A program made the translations under genes and the position numbers. Below, piece after piece: positions 50,071 to 59,100 of a DNA stretch of 64,000 nucleotides. The notes beneath the pieces were generated by a model, which saw only the letters and a list, made by a program, of their open reading frames with translations, did no database searches and was not told the DNA's origin. Where the stretch lies: positions 60,459 to 124,458 of the forward strand of contig QMRC01000004.1 in NCBI GenBank assembly GCA_003649205.1. Reading direction: 5' to 3'. Numbering within the stretch: the first letter of the stretch is position 1; each line of letters begins with the position of its first letter. This DNA is from Thermoprotei archaeon. GTDB lineage: Archaea; Thermoproteota; Thermoprotei; Thermoproteales; B15-G16.

Positions 50071-50439
50071 GTGAGAGATATGAAACTAGAGGAATACCTA
50101 GATAAGTGGATCAAAGGGGAATCTGAAGAAGTGACCTGGTACCTAGCTGCTGCAGTAGTAGCTGAGGAAAGAGGATTAATAGAGGTTGCTCAAGCACTAA
50201 AGACAATAGCTATGGAGGAAGCCATGCACGGAGCAAGAGCATTGATACAGGCAGGTAAGATACCTGACTTAAGGAAGTTCATCGAGGTGAGGATCGAAGC
50301 AGAGAAGAAAGCAGCAGAGGAGAGACACGAAGAAGCAAAACACCACGATGAACCATGGAAAACGCTCTTCGAATACACGGCAAGAGATGAAGAGAGACAT
50401 GCAAAGATGCTAGATAGAATACTTAAGAGAATACAGTAG
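50071..50439 (+). CDS. rubrerythrin/ferritin-like di-iron protein
   Basis: GESEE..WY, EEAMH, DEERH. Confidence 0.88.
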   Translation: MRDMKLEEYLDKWIKGESEEVTWYLAAAVVAEERGLIEVAQALKTIAMEEAMHGARALIQAGKIPDLRKFIEVRIEAEKKAAEERHEEAKHHDEPWKTLFEYTARDEERHAKMLDRILKRIQ

Positions 50440-50485
50440 CAAACTCACCCTTCAACCCCTATCTTTCTCTCTCATCCTCATTAAC

Positions 50486-51517
50486 TCAATACACTTCAAC
50501 ACCGAGTTCACTAAGTAGACGTTTTCTATTCCCAAGAACCTCTCTACTACCATCAATGAGATACTTATTCCAGGTAGCTTGAATCCAGCACTCTCTAAGT
50601 TCATTAAAGCTACGAATATCCCTGAGAACTACTCTCTCAACACCCTTACTAAGTAGTAAGTCCCTAACATTCACAGGATATAGATTACCATCATCCGAGA
50701 TCACGTAGAGCTGATAACCAATACCATGAATGACAAGGAGACTAATGAAATTCCTTAGAGTCTGTACCTCAGAGGATATACTCTCCAATCGTCCTAAAGT
50801 ACCCTCAGTCACTAGATGAATGATGTACACATAGTCAAATCCTTGACGAAGAAAGTCGAGAACAACATCAAGAACCTCAAGACTAATTACTGAAAATCCT
50901 GGAATAAACCTCACACAACCAACAGATACAGGTACAGACTTCCTACCCCCACAGAGAGGACCCCAAACAATAGCTCTAGTGAAGTAACGTACAGGAAAAT
51001 CTCTAACCTCAAACCATAGATGGAATCTCGCAAAGAACTCACAAAGACACTTAAGGTACTTCTCACCTGACAACTGCGTTAGCAAATTCATGTGGTAACC
51101 ACGAAAGAAATCAGCTGTTAAAGCATAAAACGCCAAGACCGGACGATGATGCACTTCCTCTCCTACCTCAATTCTCGGCAATTGAGGTAAAAGTGAAGAG
51201 AGTACAGAACGAAGCACATCTCTAAATGCAGATTTAGCATCTTCAGTTGCAGACCAAAGATATACCCTACCCACCTTCTCAGACCTAACGTAACCACCTT
51301 CCTCAAGAGCCTTCAATCTCCTCACAACTCTCTTCCAATCACTATCAGAGACCTCCTTACTGGGAACAGATAGGCCTAACTTCTCGAGAATTTCTCGCGT
51401 AGAAAGTGCTCTACCCTCTCTAATCAATAAATCAAGTATTCTCAATGACAATTCATCAAGTAAAATACCCTTCCTAACTTTCTCTCCAACCTTCACCTCC
51501 TTACCTCCAAGTGACAA
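50486..51517 (-). CDS. winged-helix protein fused to an unknown C-terminal domain
   Basis: N-terminal LSTREIL..VVRRLKALEEGGYV..K.GR..LW wHTH. Confidence 0.65.
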   Translation of the reverse strand: MSLGGKEVKVGEKVRKGILLDELSLRILDLLIREGRALSTREILEKLGLSVPSKEVSDSDWKRVVRRLKALEEGGYVRSEKVGRVYLWSATEDAKSAFRDVLRSVLSSLLPQLPRIEVGEEVHHRPVLAFYALTADFFRGYHMNLLTQLSGEKYLKCLCEFFARFHLWFEVRDFPVRYFTRAIVWGPLCGGRKSVPVSVGCVRFIPGFSVISLEVLDVVLDFLRQGFDYVYIIHLVTEGTLGRLESISSEVQTLRNFISLLVIHGIGYQLYVISDDGNLYPVNVRDLLLSKGVERVVLRDIRSFNELRECWIQATWNKYLIDGSREVLGNRKRLLSELGVEVY

Positions 51518-51567
51518 GGCACCAAGCTAGAATATAAACACTTAACGCTGAGACCCACGAAATTCAC

Positions 51568-51585
51568 TTCGACTCATGAGTCGAA
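51568..51585. promoter_or_regulatory. perfect 18-bp palindrome TTCGACTCATGAGTCGAA, candidate operator
   Basis: Lies between the divergent wHTH gene and the AAA+ gene. Confidence 0.55.
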
Positions 51586-51631
51586 AAGTAGCCACAAATG
51601 GCGAAAGTGTAATAAAGGGAACTACATAGTA

Positions 51632-53077
51632 GTGATCTCGATGTTACTTCAAGACATAGAATCTAGAAGAAGGAAGTTCGTGTTTGAGGAGGAGATGCAG
51701 GTAGGTGAGGTAACGGAGAGAGATATCATTGGGATAGACAGGGAGTTAGTGAATAAGCTATTGATCATGATCCTGAACTGCATGAAGCTCTTTGTAGGGG
51801 CTCTCGGAGTACTAATTGAGGGGAGACCAGGAATAGGAAAGACAACACTTGTCAAGTACATAGCAACACAATTGAGGAAATTAGGTATTAGAGTCATAGA
51901 CGCTACGAAATTCCCTAAACCACATAGCTACTGGACACCTGATGACGTGAGGGAACTGTTTAAACTAGCTAGGGAGTACGTAGCTAGATCAGGAACACCA
52001 ATAGTGATAGTGTGGGAAGACGTAGACACAGTATTCAGGAAGAGAAGGTACTTAAGCATCCACGAAGCACAGGTACTAACAACACTACTAAATGAGCTAG
52101 AGGGGTTAACAGATAGTAACCGAGGTATAGTACTCATAGCGACAGCAGTGAATAGCCTTGAAATGGATGAAGCACTGTTGAGACCAGGTAGACTAGGTAC
52201 CTTGAGGATCAAGCTAAGTGAGCCGAGTCCAGAAGTCAAGGTACAGATACTGAAGAGGTACGTAGAGGACTACCCGCATGACCCCGACATAGACTACGAG
52301 GCACTGAAACCACTATTGGATAAGGTAGTGGAGACACCAGCAGACATAAAGAACCTGGTTGAGAAGACCTGGATAGCTGAGAGGGTGAGAGCAGTAGCTG
52401 AGCACCGTGAACCAAGGATAACGTTCACCACATTAGTCGAAACAATGCTAGGTAAGGAGTACATGGAAGCATACGTACGAGAGAAGAGAAGCACACTACC
52501 AGCAGCACTGCACACAGCAGCAGAGCTCATAATAGCACACGAAGTAGGAGTACCAGTAGAGCTGGTGGTAGTACGTGAAGACACAACATCCACATACCTA
52601 GGTAGAGAAGAGAGCACACCACAGCATGAGTACACGAGAAAACTCATCATGATAGAGCTAGGTAAGTACATAGTTGAGGAGATAACAGGAATACACACGA
52701 CAAATAGCACACACCACCTAAGACGAGCAACAGAGCTAGCACTCAAGTACCTCCTAGAGCAGGGGAAACTACGAGGTTACGAGCACGTAGCACTGAGAGA
52801 ACTCATTCAAGATGATCTATGGCGCTTAACAACATCCCTACATCAGTACACCACCTGTAAGTACCAACCATCTGAAGAACTTAAGAAACAGATAGAACAG
52901 GAGCTAAGAAAGCTAGTACAGGAAAGCTACGTAGAGACAAGGAAAATACTTGAGCAATATGGGAGAGACAACATAATCAACCTAGCAAAGGAAATTCTCA
53001 AGAGGAAATACATACCAAGACACGAAATACAGCAACTAGTAGAGAAATACAGGAGAAAACAAACAACAGTAGTGTAA
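51632..53077 (+). CDS. soluble FtsH-like AAA+ ATPase with degenerate peptidase M41 domain
   Basis: GRPGIGKT, altered Walker B IVWEDVD, LLNELEG, MDEALLRPGR, ADIKNLV. HTAAE sits where HEXXH is expected. No TM. Confidence 0.75.
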   Translation: MISMLLQDIESRRRKFVFEEEMQVGEVTERDIIGIDRELVNKLLIMILNCMKLFVGALGVLIEGRPGIGKTTLVKYIATQLRKLGIRVIDATKFPKPHSYWTPDDVRELFKLAREYVARSGTPIVIVWEDVDTVFRKRRYLSIHEAQVLTTLLNELEGLTDSNRGIVLIATAVNSLEMDEALLRPGRLGTLRIKLSEPSPEVKVQILKRYVEDYPHDPDIDYEALKPLLDKVVETPADIKNLVEKTWIAERVRAVAEHREPRITFTTLVETMLGKEYMEAYVREKRSTLPAALHTAAELIIAHEVGVPVELVVVREDTTSTYLGREESTPQHEYTRKLIMIELGKYIVEEITGIHTTNSTHHLRRATELALKYLLEQGKLRGYEHVALRELIQDDLWRLTTSLHQYTTCKYQPSEELKKQIEQELRKLVQESYVETRKILEQYGRDNIINLAKEILKRKYIPRHEIQQLVEKYRRKQTTVV

Positions 53078-53204
53078 CCTCACCAACTCAATCTCCTCCC
53101 TACTAACTTCCCTCCTCTTTAAGATACTAGAACACTAACCATCCTTAGAGAGGAGAGAAACAGCACACAGTCTTATATATCACGTAACCACTGAAATACA
53201 TGAA

Positions 53205-53837
53205 ATGCAGATCACACCAATAATTGAGAACCTAGTACAGCAAGCACCACTAATAGGACTCATAGCACTAATCCTAGTACTATACATGAGGTACGAAACA
53301 ACTAAATTAAGGAGTGAGTTCAGAAATGAAATCATCAAACTAAGAACTGAGTTTAGAACCGAAATCACTTCACTGAGAAGTGAAGTAGCAACACTAAGAA
53401 CAGAAATGCAAAGTAACTTCAAAGACCTAAGAAAAGAACTACAGACACTAAGACACAGCTTCACAACATTCGCAAATGCACTAACAGAATTCCTAACAGC
53501 AAAAGACATCATAACAAAATCCGAGGAAGCACTACTAAAAGCACTAATCAAAACAATGATACCTCCAGCAATGAGCAAGTACTACACAGAGGAAGTTAGG
53601 AAGAAGCTAATTCAACTACTCGAGAAGAACACCGAAGACTACACCTGGGAAGACCTAGAAGAAATGAAGAAAATAGCCAAGCTACTAGAGAAGGAGTACA
53701 TAGAGTCAGAAACTGAGAGAGAAGACATACTCGAGTTCCTAAGCAGATTCAGGATATACATAGCAATCGTAGAGGGACTACTAGTTAAGTGGGGAAAACT
53801 ACCACAACAACTAAGACAACAAAGGGAGATGAAGTAA
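53205..53837 (+). CDS. paREP15-like TM/coiled-coil protein
   Basis: N-terminal TM, 11-residue coiled-coil repeats, EFL..K.II...E, SKYYTEEV..KL..LL. Confidence 0.65.
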   Translation: MQITPIIENLVQQAPLIGLIALILVLYMRYETTKLRSEFRNEIIKLRTEFRTEITSLRSEVATLRTEMQSNFKDLRKELQTLRHSFTTFANALTEFLTAKDIITKSEEALLKALIKTMIPPAMSKYYTEEVRKKLIQLLEKNTEDYTWEDLEEMKKIAKLLEKEYIESETEREDILEFLSRFRIYIAIVEGLLVKWGKLPQQLRQQREMK

Positions 53838-53838
53838 C

Positions 53839-54978
53839 TTACTCACGAACAAACCTAAACGGTACAGAGAGCACGTACTGACCACAACCAGCAGAAGCAA
53901 GCTGACCAACACCCACGTACTGACCAACGAGAAGCAACTTCATAGCTAGCTCAGCTAAGTCCCTACGAGACCAAAACTCAGGATCAAACTCATAGACGAA
54001 CCTACCCAAGACAAAGCTACCTAAGTCACGAACCTGCCTAGTCTTGAGACTAAACTTCCTCAACCCAACCCTCCTAAACCTAGAGAAAACCAACTTCACT
54101 CGATCCCTAACCCAATCCCTAAGCTCACGAGCAACATCAGTAGGAATAGGATCACCAACACCATGGAAGACAGCTAACAAGCTATACCTCCTAGCGAGAT
54201 TCATGACAATAGCAACAAGAGGAAACTCCTCAACAACCACACCACCATACCTCACCTGAGTCGGTGTGAGGAACCTCACCTCAACAAACCTAGGTCTAAG
54301 ATCGAGAAGAGAATCAGCACTAACCCTATCAAGTAAATTAACCTTAACACAGTCAGGAAGAGGTTGAGGAACATAACCATCCTCATCACTATACACAACC
54401 TGCCTAAGACCAGAGAGAGGATCCTCACGAACAACCTCAACAACCCTAAACCTCCTACGAACATGCCTAACAGGATCAACACCAAGACCAAGAAAACCCA
54501 TCTTAAGAAAAGAAGAGATGAACATGAACTCGTACTCAAGGTACTTAGGAGCAATAATCACAACACCAAACTCAAGATCCCTACCACAACACCTAACAGG
54601 AAGAACTACGTAAGGCCTAGCAACACCCCTCGCAGCACCCCTCCTAGCAAACCTCACACCAGGAAAATCAACACTCCTAAGCTCAAACAAGAGATAGTAA
54701 ACACAACTCAACCTGTACTCACAACCCCTACAACTAGTCTCCCCACCACGAACACAAGCAAGATCCCTAAGAGCAACACCAAAAGCACCACGAACAGCAA
54801 AACCAGTAAAACCAACAAAAGGAAAGTAATCACAATCAAAAACACCAAAAACCCTATACAGAATCAAGGCAGGAAAACCCCCAGAAAACAACCAGCAAAC
54901 AAACATAAAAACATGAAATAAAACACAGAACAAACACAGCAAAAGAAGTAGAACAAACACCACCATTAAGGAAAGCAA
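53839..54978 (-). CDS. cas6: CRISPR pre-crRNA processing endoribonuclease Cas6
   Basis: RGAFG.AL, CxxC...C.Y..LFE, ARPYV, VRFLTPT, C-terminal Gly loop GVGQLASAGCG. Start is probably about 25-35 codons in. Confidence 0.88.
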   Translation of the reverse strand: MLSLMVVFVLLLLLCLFCVLFHVFMFVCWLFSGGFPALILYRVFGVFDCDYFPFVGFTGFAVRGAFGVALRDLACVRGGETSCRGCEYRLSCVYYLLFELRSVDFPGVRFARRGAARGVARPYVVLPVRCCGRDLEFGVVIIAPKYLEYEFMFISSFLKMGFLGLGVDPVRHVRRRFRVVEVVREDPLSGLRQVVYSDEDGYVPQPLPDCVKVNLLDRVSADSLLDLRPRFVEVRFLTPTQVRYGGVVVEEFPLVAIVMNLARRYSLLAVFHGVGDPIPTDVARELRDWVRDRVKLVFSRFRRVGLRKFSLKTRQVRDLGSFVLGRFVYEFDPEFWSRRDLAELAMKLLLVGQYVGVGQLASAGCGQYVLSVPFRFVRE

Positions 54979-55014
54979 TTAAAGAACCTCAACAAGGTAG
55001 AGAAGAGAGAACAC

Positions 55015-55589
55015 ATAACAGAACAACTAATATACCTCATCAGCACCCTAGCAACAGTAATCACCTCAATAGCATCACTAGCGTATTGGTTAGGAAGAAA
55101 ACTCACAAAGTTAGAATCAAGAATTACATTACTCGAAGAAAGAATGAGCAACCTAGAGAGAAGCATCAAAACCACAGCAAAACACTCACAGTAGCCTCAC
55201 AGAAGCACACAATAGTAGCCGACTTCACCTCACTTAAAGGACTAATAGCAGCAGAAGAAGCTGAATTCCTAAGAAAGAGAATAACAGGAATATTCTCAGT
55301 ATACACAAGCTACAGCAAAGCAAACCCACTAACAAAAGAAGAGCTAGAATTCATACTAAAAACCTTCAGCAAACCACTAGATGAGATAACCATAGAGGAA
55401 ATGGATAGAGCATACGAAATAGGATGGAGATTATTCGTAGAAGATCCAGAACACGACCCAAGAGGATTCATACTAGCAATAGCAGCAGCATACATAAGAG
55501 CATACCTAAGACAAAAACAAAAGAGAGAACAAAAAGAAAAACACAACCTAACCAAAAAGAGAACCACGCCACATACCTTACCACTATGA
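55015..55589 (+). pseudogene. frameshifted paREP15-like gene
   Basis: Frame from 55015 gives ITEQLIYL...SLAYWLGRK...; a -1 shift at AAAA 55179-55182 continues into the 55086 ORF frame (..KGLI..EEAEFL..NPLTKEEL). Start codon is ATA. Confidence 0.65.
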
Positions 55590-55648
55590 GAAGAGGTGTA
55601 TGAAATAAGTGAGATTGTTGTGATAACTAATGAAGGTGAATCTGTAAT

Positions 55649-55987
55649 ATGCCTAATAGAAAGGAAGAAGAGATGTGGGCTTGGGCAGTACCAGTTGCTT
55701 ATGAAATGGCTATGGAGGAGAAGGAGCGTGAGCTAGAGTTCATGAGAGAATTAGATAGGTTAAGGGTAGGGCAAGGAAAACAACCTAAAGAAGATATCGA
55801 TGAGTTAACTAATCAATTTATAGCTCTTATACCTACTACTATCATAATGCTCATACTAGCTATATTTGTACCATTTATAGTTCTACCACTATGCCCACTA
55901 CTATTCTTCTTAATCTATGGACTATTCTACAAACCAAGTAAGAAACATAGTATAGAGGAGTATAAAGAGAAGTTGAAGAGAATTTAA
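55649..55987 (+). CDS. small hypothetical membrane protein
   Basis: 112 aa, two hydrophobic helices, AAGGTGA RBS. Confidence 0.65.
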   Translation: MPNRKEEEMWAWAVPVAYEMAMEEKERELEFMRELDRLRVGQGKQPKEDIDELTNQFIALIPTTIIMLILAIFVPFIVLPLCPLLFFLIYGLFYKPSKKHSIEEYKEKLKRI

Positions 55988-56153
55988 AGAAAGAGGGGTA
56001 GTGCACTACTTAGTACTTCTTGCTCAGTTTTAGTGCTTTAGATAGCCTACTAGCTAACCCATGATCTATACAACAAAACACATACTCCCACACAGTTATC
56101 TACGTGCTCATCTGTGCTCTCTAGTTTTGCCTCTAGTCCACCTTCAATAACTT

Positions 56154-59100
56154 CTTTCAATGTTTGTTTCGGATGAAGGATATGCCGTGTTACTACTGAT
56201 TAGGGCCAAGGCTTTCAATGTTTGTTTCTGAATTGAAAAAGCAACTGATGGAGAGGCTAAAGCAAATTCACTTTCAATGTTTGTTTCGAGCATTGCTAGT
56301 ATTGCTTCTGTTAATCCAGCTGGTACCCACTTCAGGTACTTTCAATGTTTGTTTCCTACTCTACTACGCCGACTACGTACCAATTGAAGAGCGGTTCCTA
56401 CAGAAGACTTTCAATGTTTGTTTCTTTGCCGTCAGAGAGGGGAGCGAAACTACACACAACCAAGGGAGCGATCTTAAACACCTTTCAATGTTTGTTTCAG
56501 CACTGCTGGTTAATGTCCATGTCGTTTTATTGATTCTACCTTTCAATGTTTGTTTCAGAGTGGGTGACAGGGAAGCTCGCTGTACTAGGTAAGAAGCTCT
56601 TTCAATGTTTGTTTCAATTAGATGAGCTTGTTCGGGAAGGGAGGTTTAGGAATCGATCGGCTTTCAATGTTTGTTTCTTGAGAATGTCACTGAAAGCAGC
56701 CATTGTCGATAATGGCTGGTTCTTTCAATGTTTGTTTCACCTAAACGAGGCAAAAGCAAAGAACAGAGGCAACACACTGTACTTACGTCCTCTTTCAATG
56801 TTTGTTTCATTTTAGGCGGTATGATAGTGGGCGTCGCTTTTCCGCTCTCCTTTCAATGTTTGTTTCACACCATTCACCTAACAAAAGAGGAGTGGTATAG
56901 TGATTTCTTTCAATGTTTGTTTCGTAATTCAGCTTTTTGCACCAAGACCTCTCTATCCTCGCTACTTTCAATGTTTGTTTCAAGGAATTGATAAAGAGTG
57001 CCCTTGAGAACCTTCAGTACACTTTCAATGTTTGTTTCATCGAAGACTATAAGAACGGTATCAAGAACCCTAGGAGAGACCCAATTCTTTCAATGTTTGT
57101 TTCAAAAGACTTCTGGGCAGTAACATTAGCTTCGTCTATCTTTTTCTTTTCATTCTTTCAATGTTTGTTTCTAGTAAGTGTAGAGGAGCACAGCGGTTCA
57201 GGGTGGCACGGTTCGTGGTACACTTTCAATGTTTGTTTCTTTGCCGTAACGAAGAGGAAAGAAAGAAACTTGAAGATATCGCATATGCGTTAATTGTCTT
57301 TCAATGTTTGTTTCACGAGCTGATCGAGACCGAGAGGTACACTCCAAAAACAGTGCTTTCAATGTTTGTTTCTGTGGGACTTCTTGAACGACGGTGATAC
57401 ATGTACGCTAGCTTTCAATGTTTGTTTCAGAAAAGTAGACGTGTTTGTAAAGGCTGTCGAAGTTGTGACTTTCAATGTTTGTTTCACCTCTGGCACAGGT
57501 ACAGAACAGATAAGGGAACAGTGCTGTCACTCTATCCTCTCCTTTCAATGTTTGTTTCAACCAGCACTTACCTGGTTGTAACATTGAAATGAGATACATT
57601 GTAAGACCAGAGGACACGGTCTTTCAATGTTTGTTTCCCTAGTGAGCGAGATAGGTGCTTTCTTCCACACAAACTCCACGAATAGGCTTTCAATGTTTGT
57701 TTCGAGTTCCTGAGAGTGGAAGACGTCGAGGTGTACGAAGTTACTGAGGCTTTCAATGTTTGTTTCAAAGAAAAAAGTAATTGACTTACAAAAGGATATA
57801 AAAACTAAGCTTTCAATGTTTGTTTCTAGACGTGAACTAATACGTTGCTTTGTAGAGGTGCTAGAACCAAACTTTCAATGTTTGTTTCACGGAAAAATTT
57901 ACATTGCTGTAAAAGGTCATATGATTATCTTCCCAGCTTTCAATGTTTGTTTCGCGGTTACGTAATTCACTTTCTACGCTCACAGACAAAGCTGTTACTT
58001 GATACTTTCAATGTTTGTTTCAAGAATATCCAACTAAATGTACTCATTGACACAGAAACAGCAAACACTTTCAATGTTTGTTTCATCTGAAGAGAAGGTC
58101 ACTTATGAAGAAGATATTCCGAAGTTCGTTATCTTTCAATGTTTGTTTCAAGAGTTCAACGAAGTAGAAGGAATCTATGCATCAATGAAGTCCTTTCAAC
58201 TTTCAATGTTTGTTTCACCGTCGTCATTAGCCTCTCCCCAAGCTATATGAATGTTTTCTTTCAATGTTTGTTTCGCGATAAGGCACCTAATCCTGCTCGA
58301 GAACGGAAAGAAACACATGTTCATAGGCTTTCAATGTTTGTTTCCTGAGTAGTTTTCTTTTCTTTTTCTTTTTGTTTTTGTTTGTTGTTTCAACTTTCAA
58401 TGTTTGTTTCCCGAAACCGAAAAATTCTATGACGGTCTGGGAGAGATTCTTTCAATGTTTGTTTCACGAACTTGGCTTCAGACTAGCATCAGAGCTTCCT
58501 GACACATTCTTTCAATGTTTGTTTCCATCGAGGAGAAAACAGTGAAACGTAGTCTGAAGTATATCTTTCAATGTTTGTTTCACGACTACATCACTGTGTG
58601 TAGGGACTGCCTCATGACCGAGATCTTTCAATGTTTGTTTCGAGGATTAACCTAGCTTTCCCAACTGGCTTGCTCATCTGTCCTTTCAATGTTTGTTTCT
58701 CGTATTAGGAGCCAGCAGGTGGAGAGTTATCGGAGCCCTAACACTGACTTTCAATGTTTGTTTCGAGACTAGGGAAGGAAAACTCGCGCCACCACTCTAC
58801 CTGAACTTACCCTTTCAATGTTTGTTTCTTGAAACCACGTGGCGGTTACGTGGTTCACTTCATCAGGTCTCACTTTCAATGTTTGTTTCTTGAGGCTGAG
58901 GAGAAGTGAGCAACCTAAACCTCGTTAAAAAATCCAAATTTCTTCTTTCAATGTTTGTTTCGGGAAGATGGGGAGAAGAGAATCGTAATCACGCTCAGGA
59001 TCCTTTCAATGTTTGTTTCAAATTCTCGTGGGAGCTCAGTGAAGAGGAAATCCTTGACTTTCAATGTTTGTTTCGTGGAATATAAATTATATGAAGAAGA

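Noticed and set aside
54364-54921. 185-aa K/T/N/P-rich ORF on the + strand
   Set aside because: It is the antisense shadow of cas6 in T-poor DNA, where stop codons are rare.
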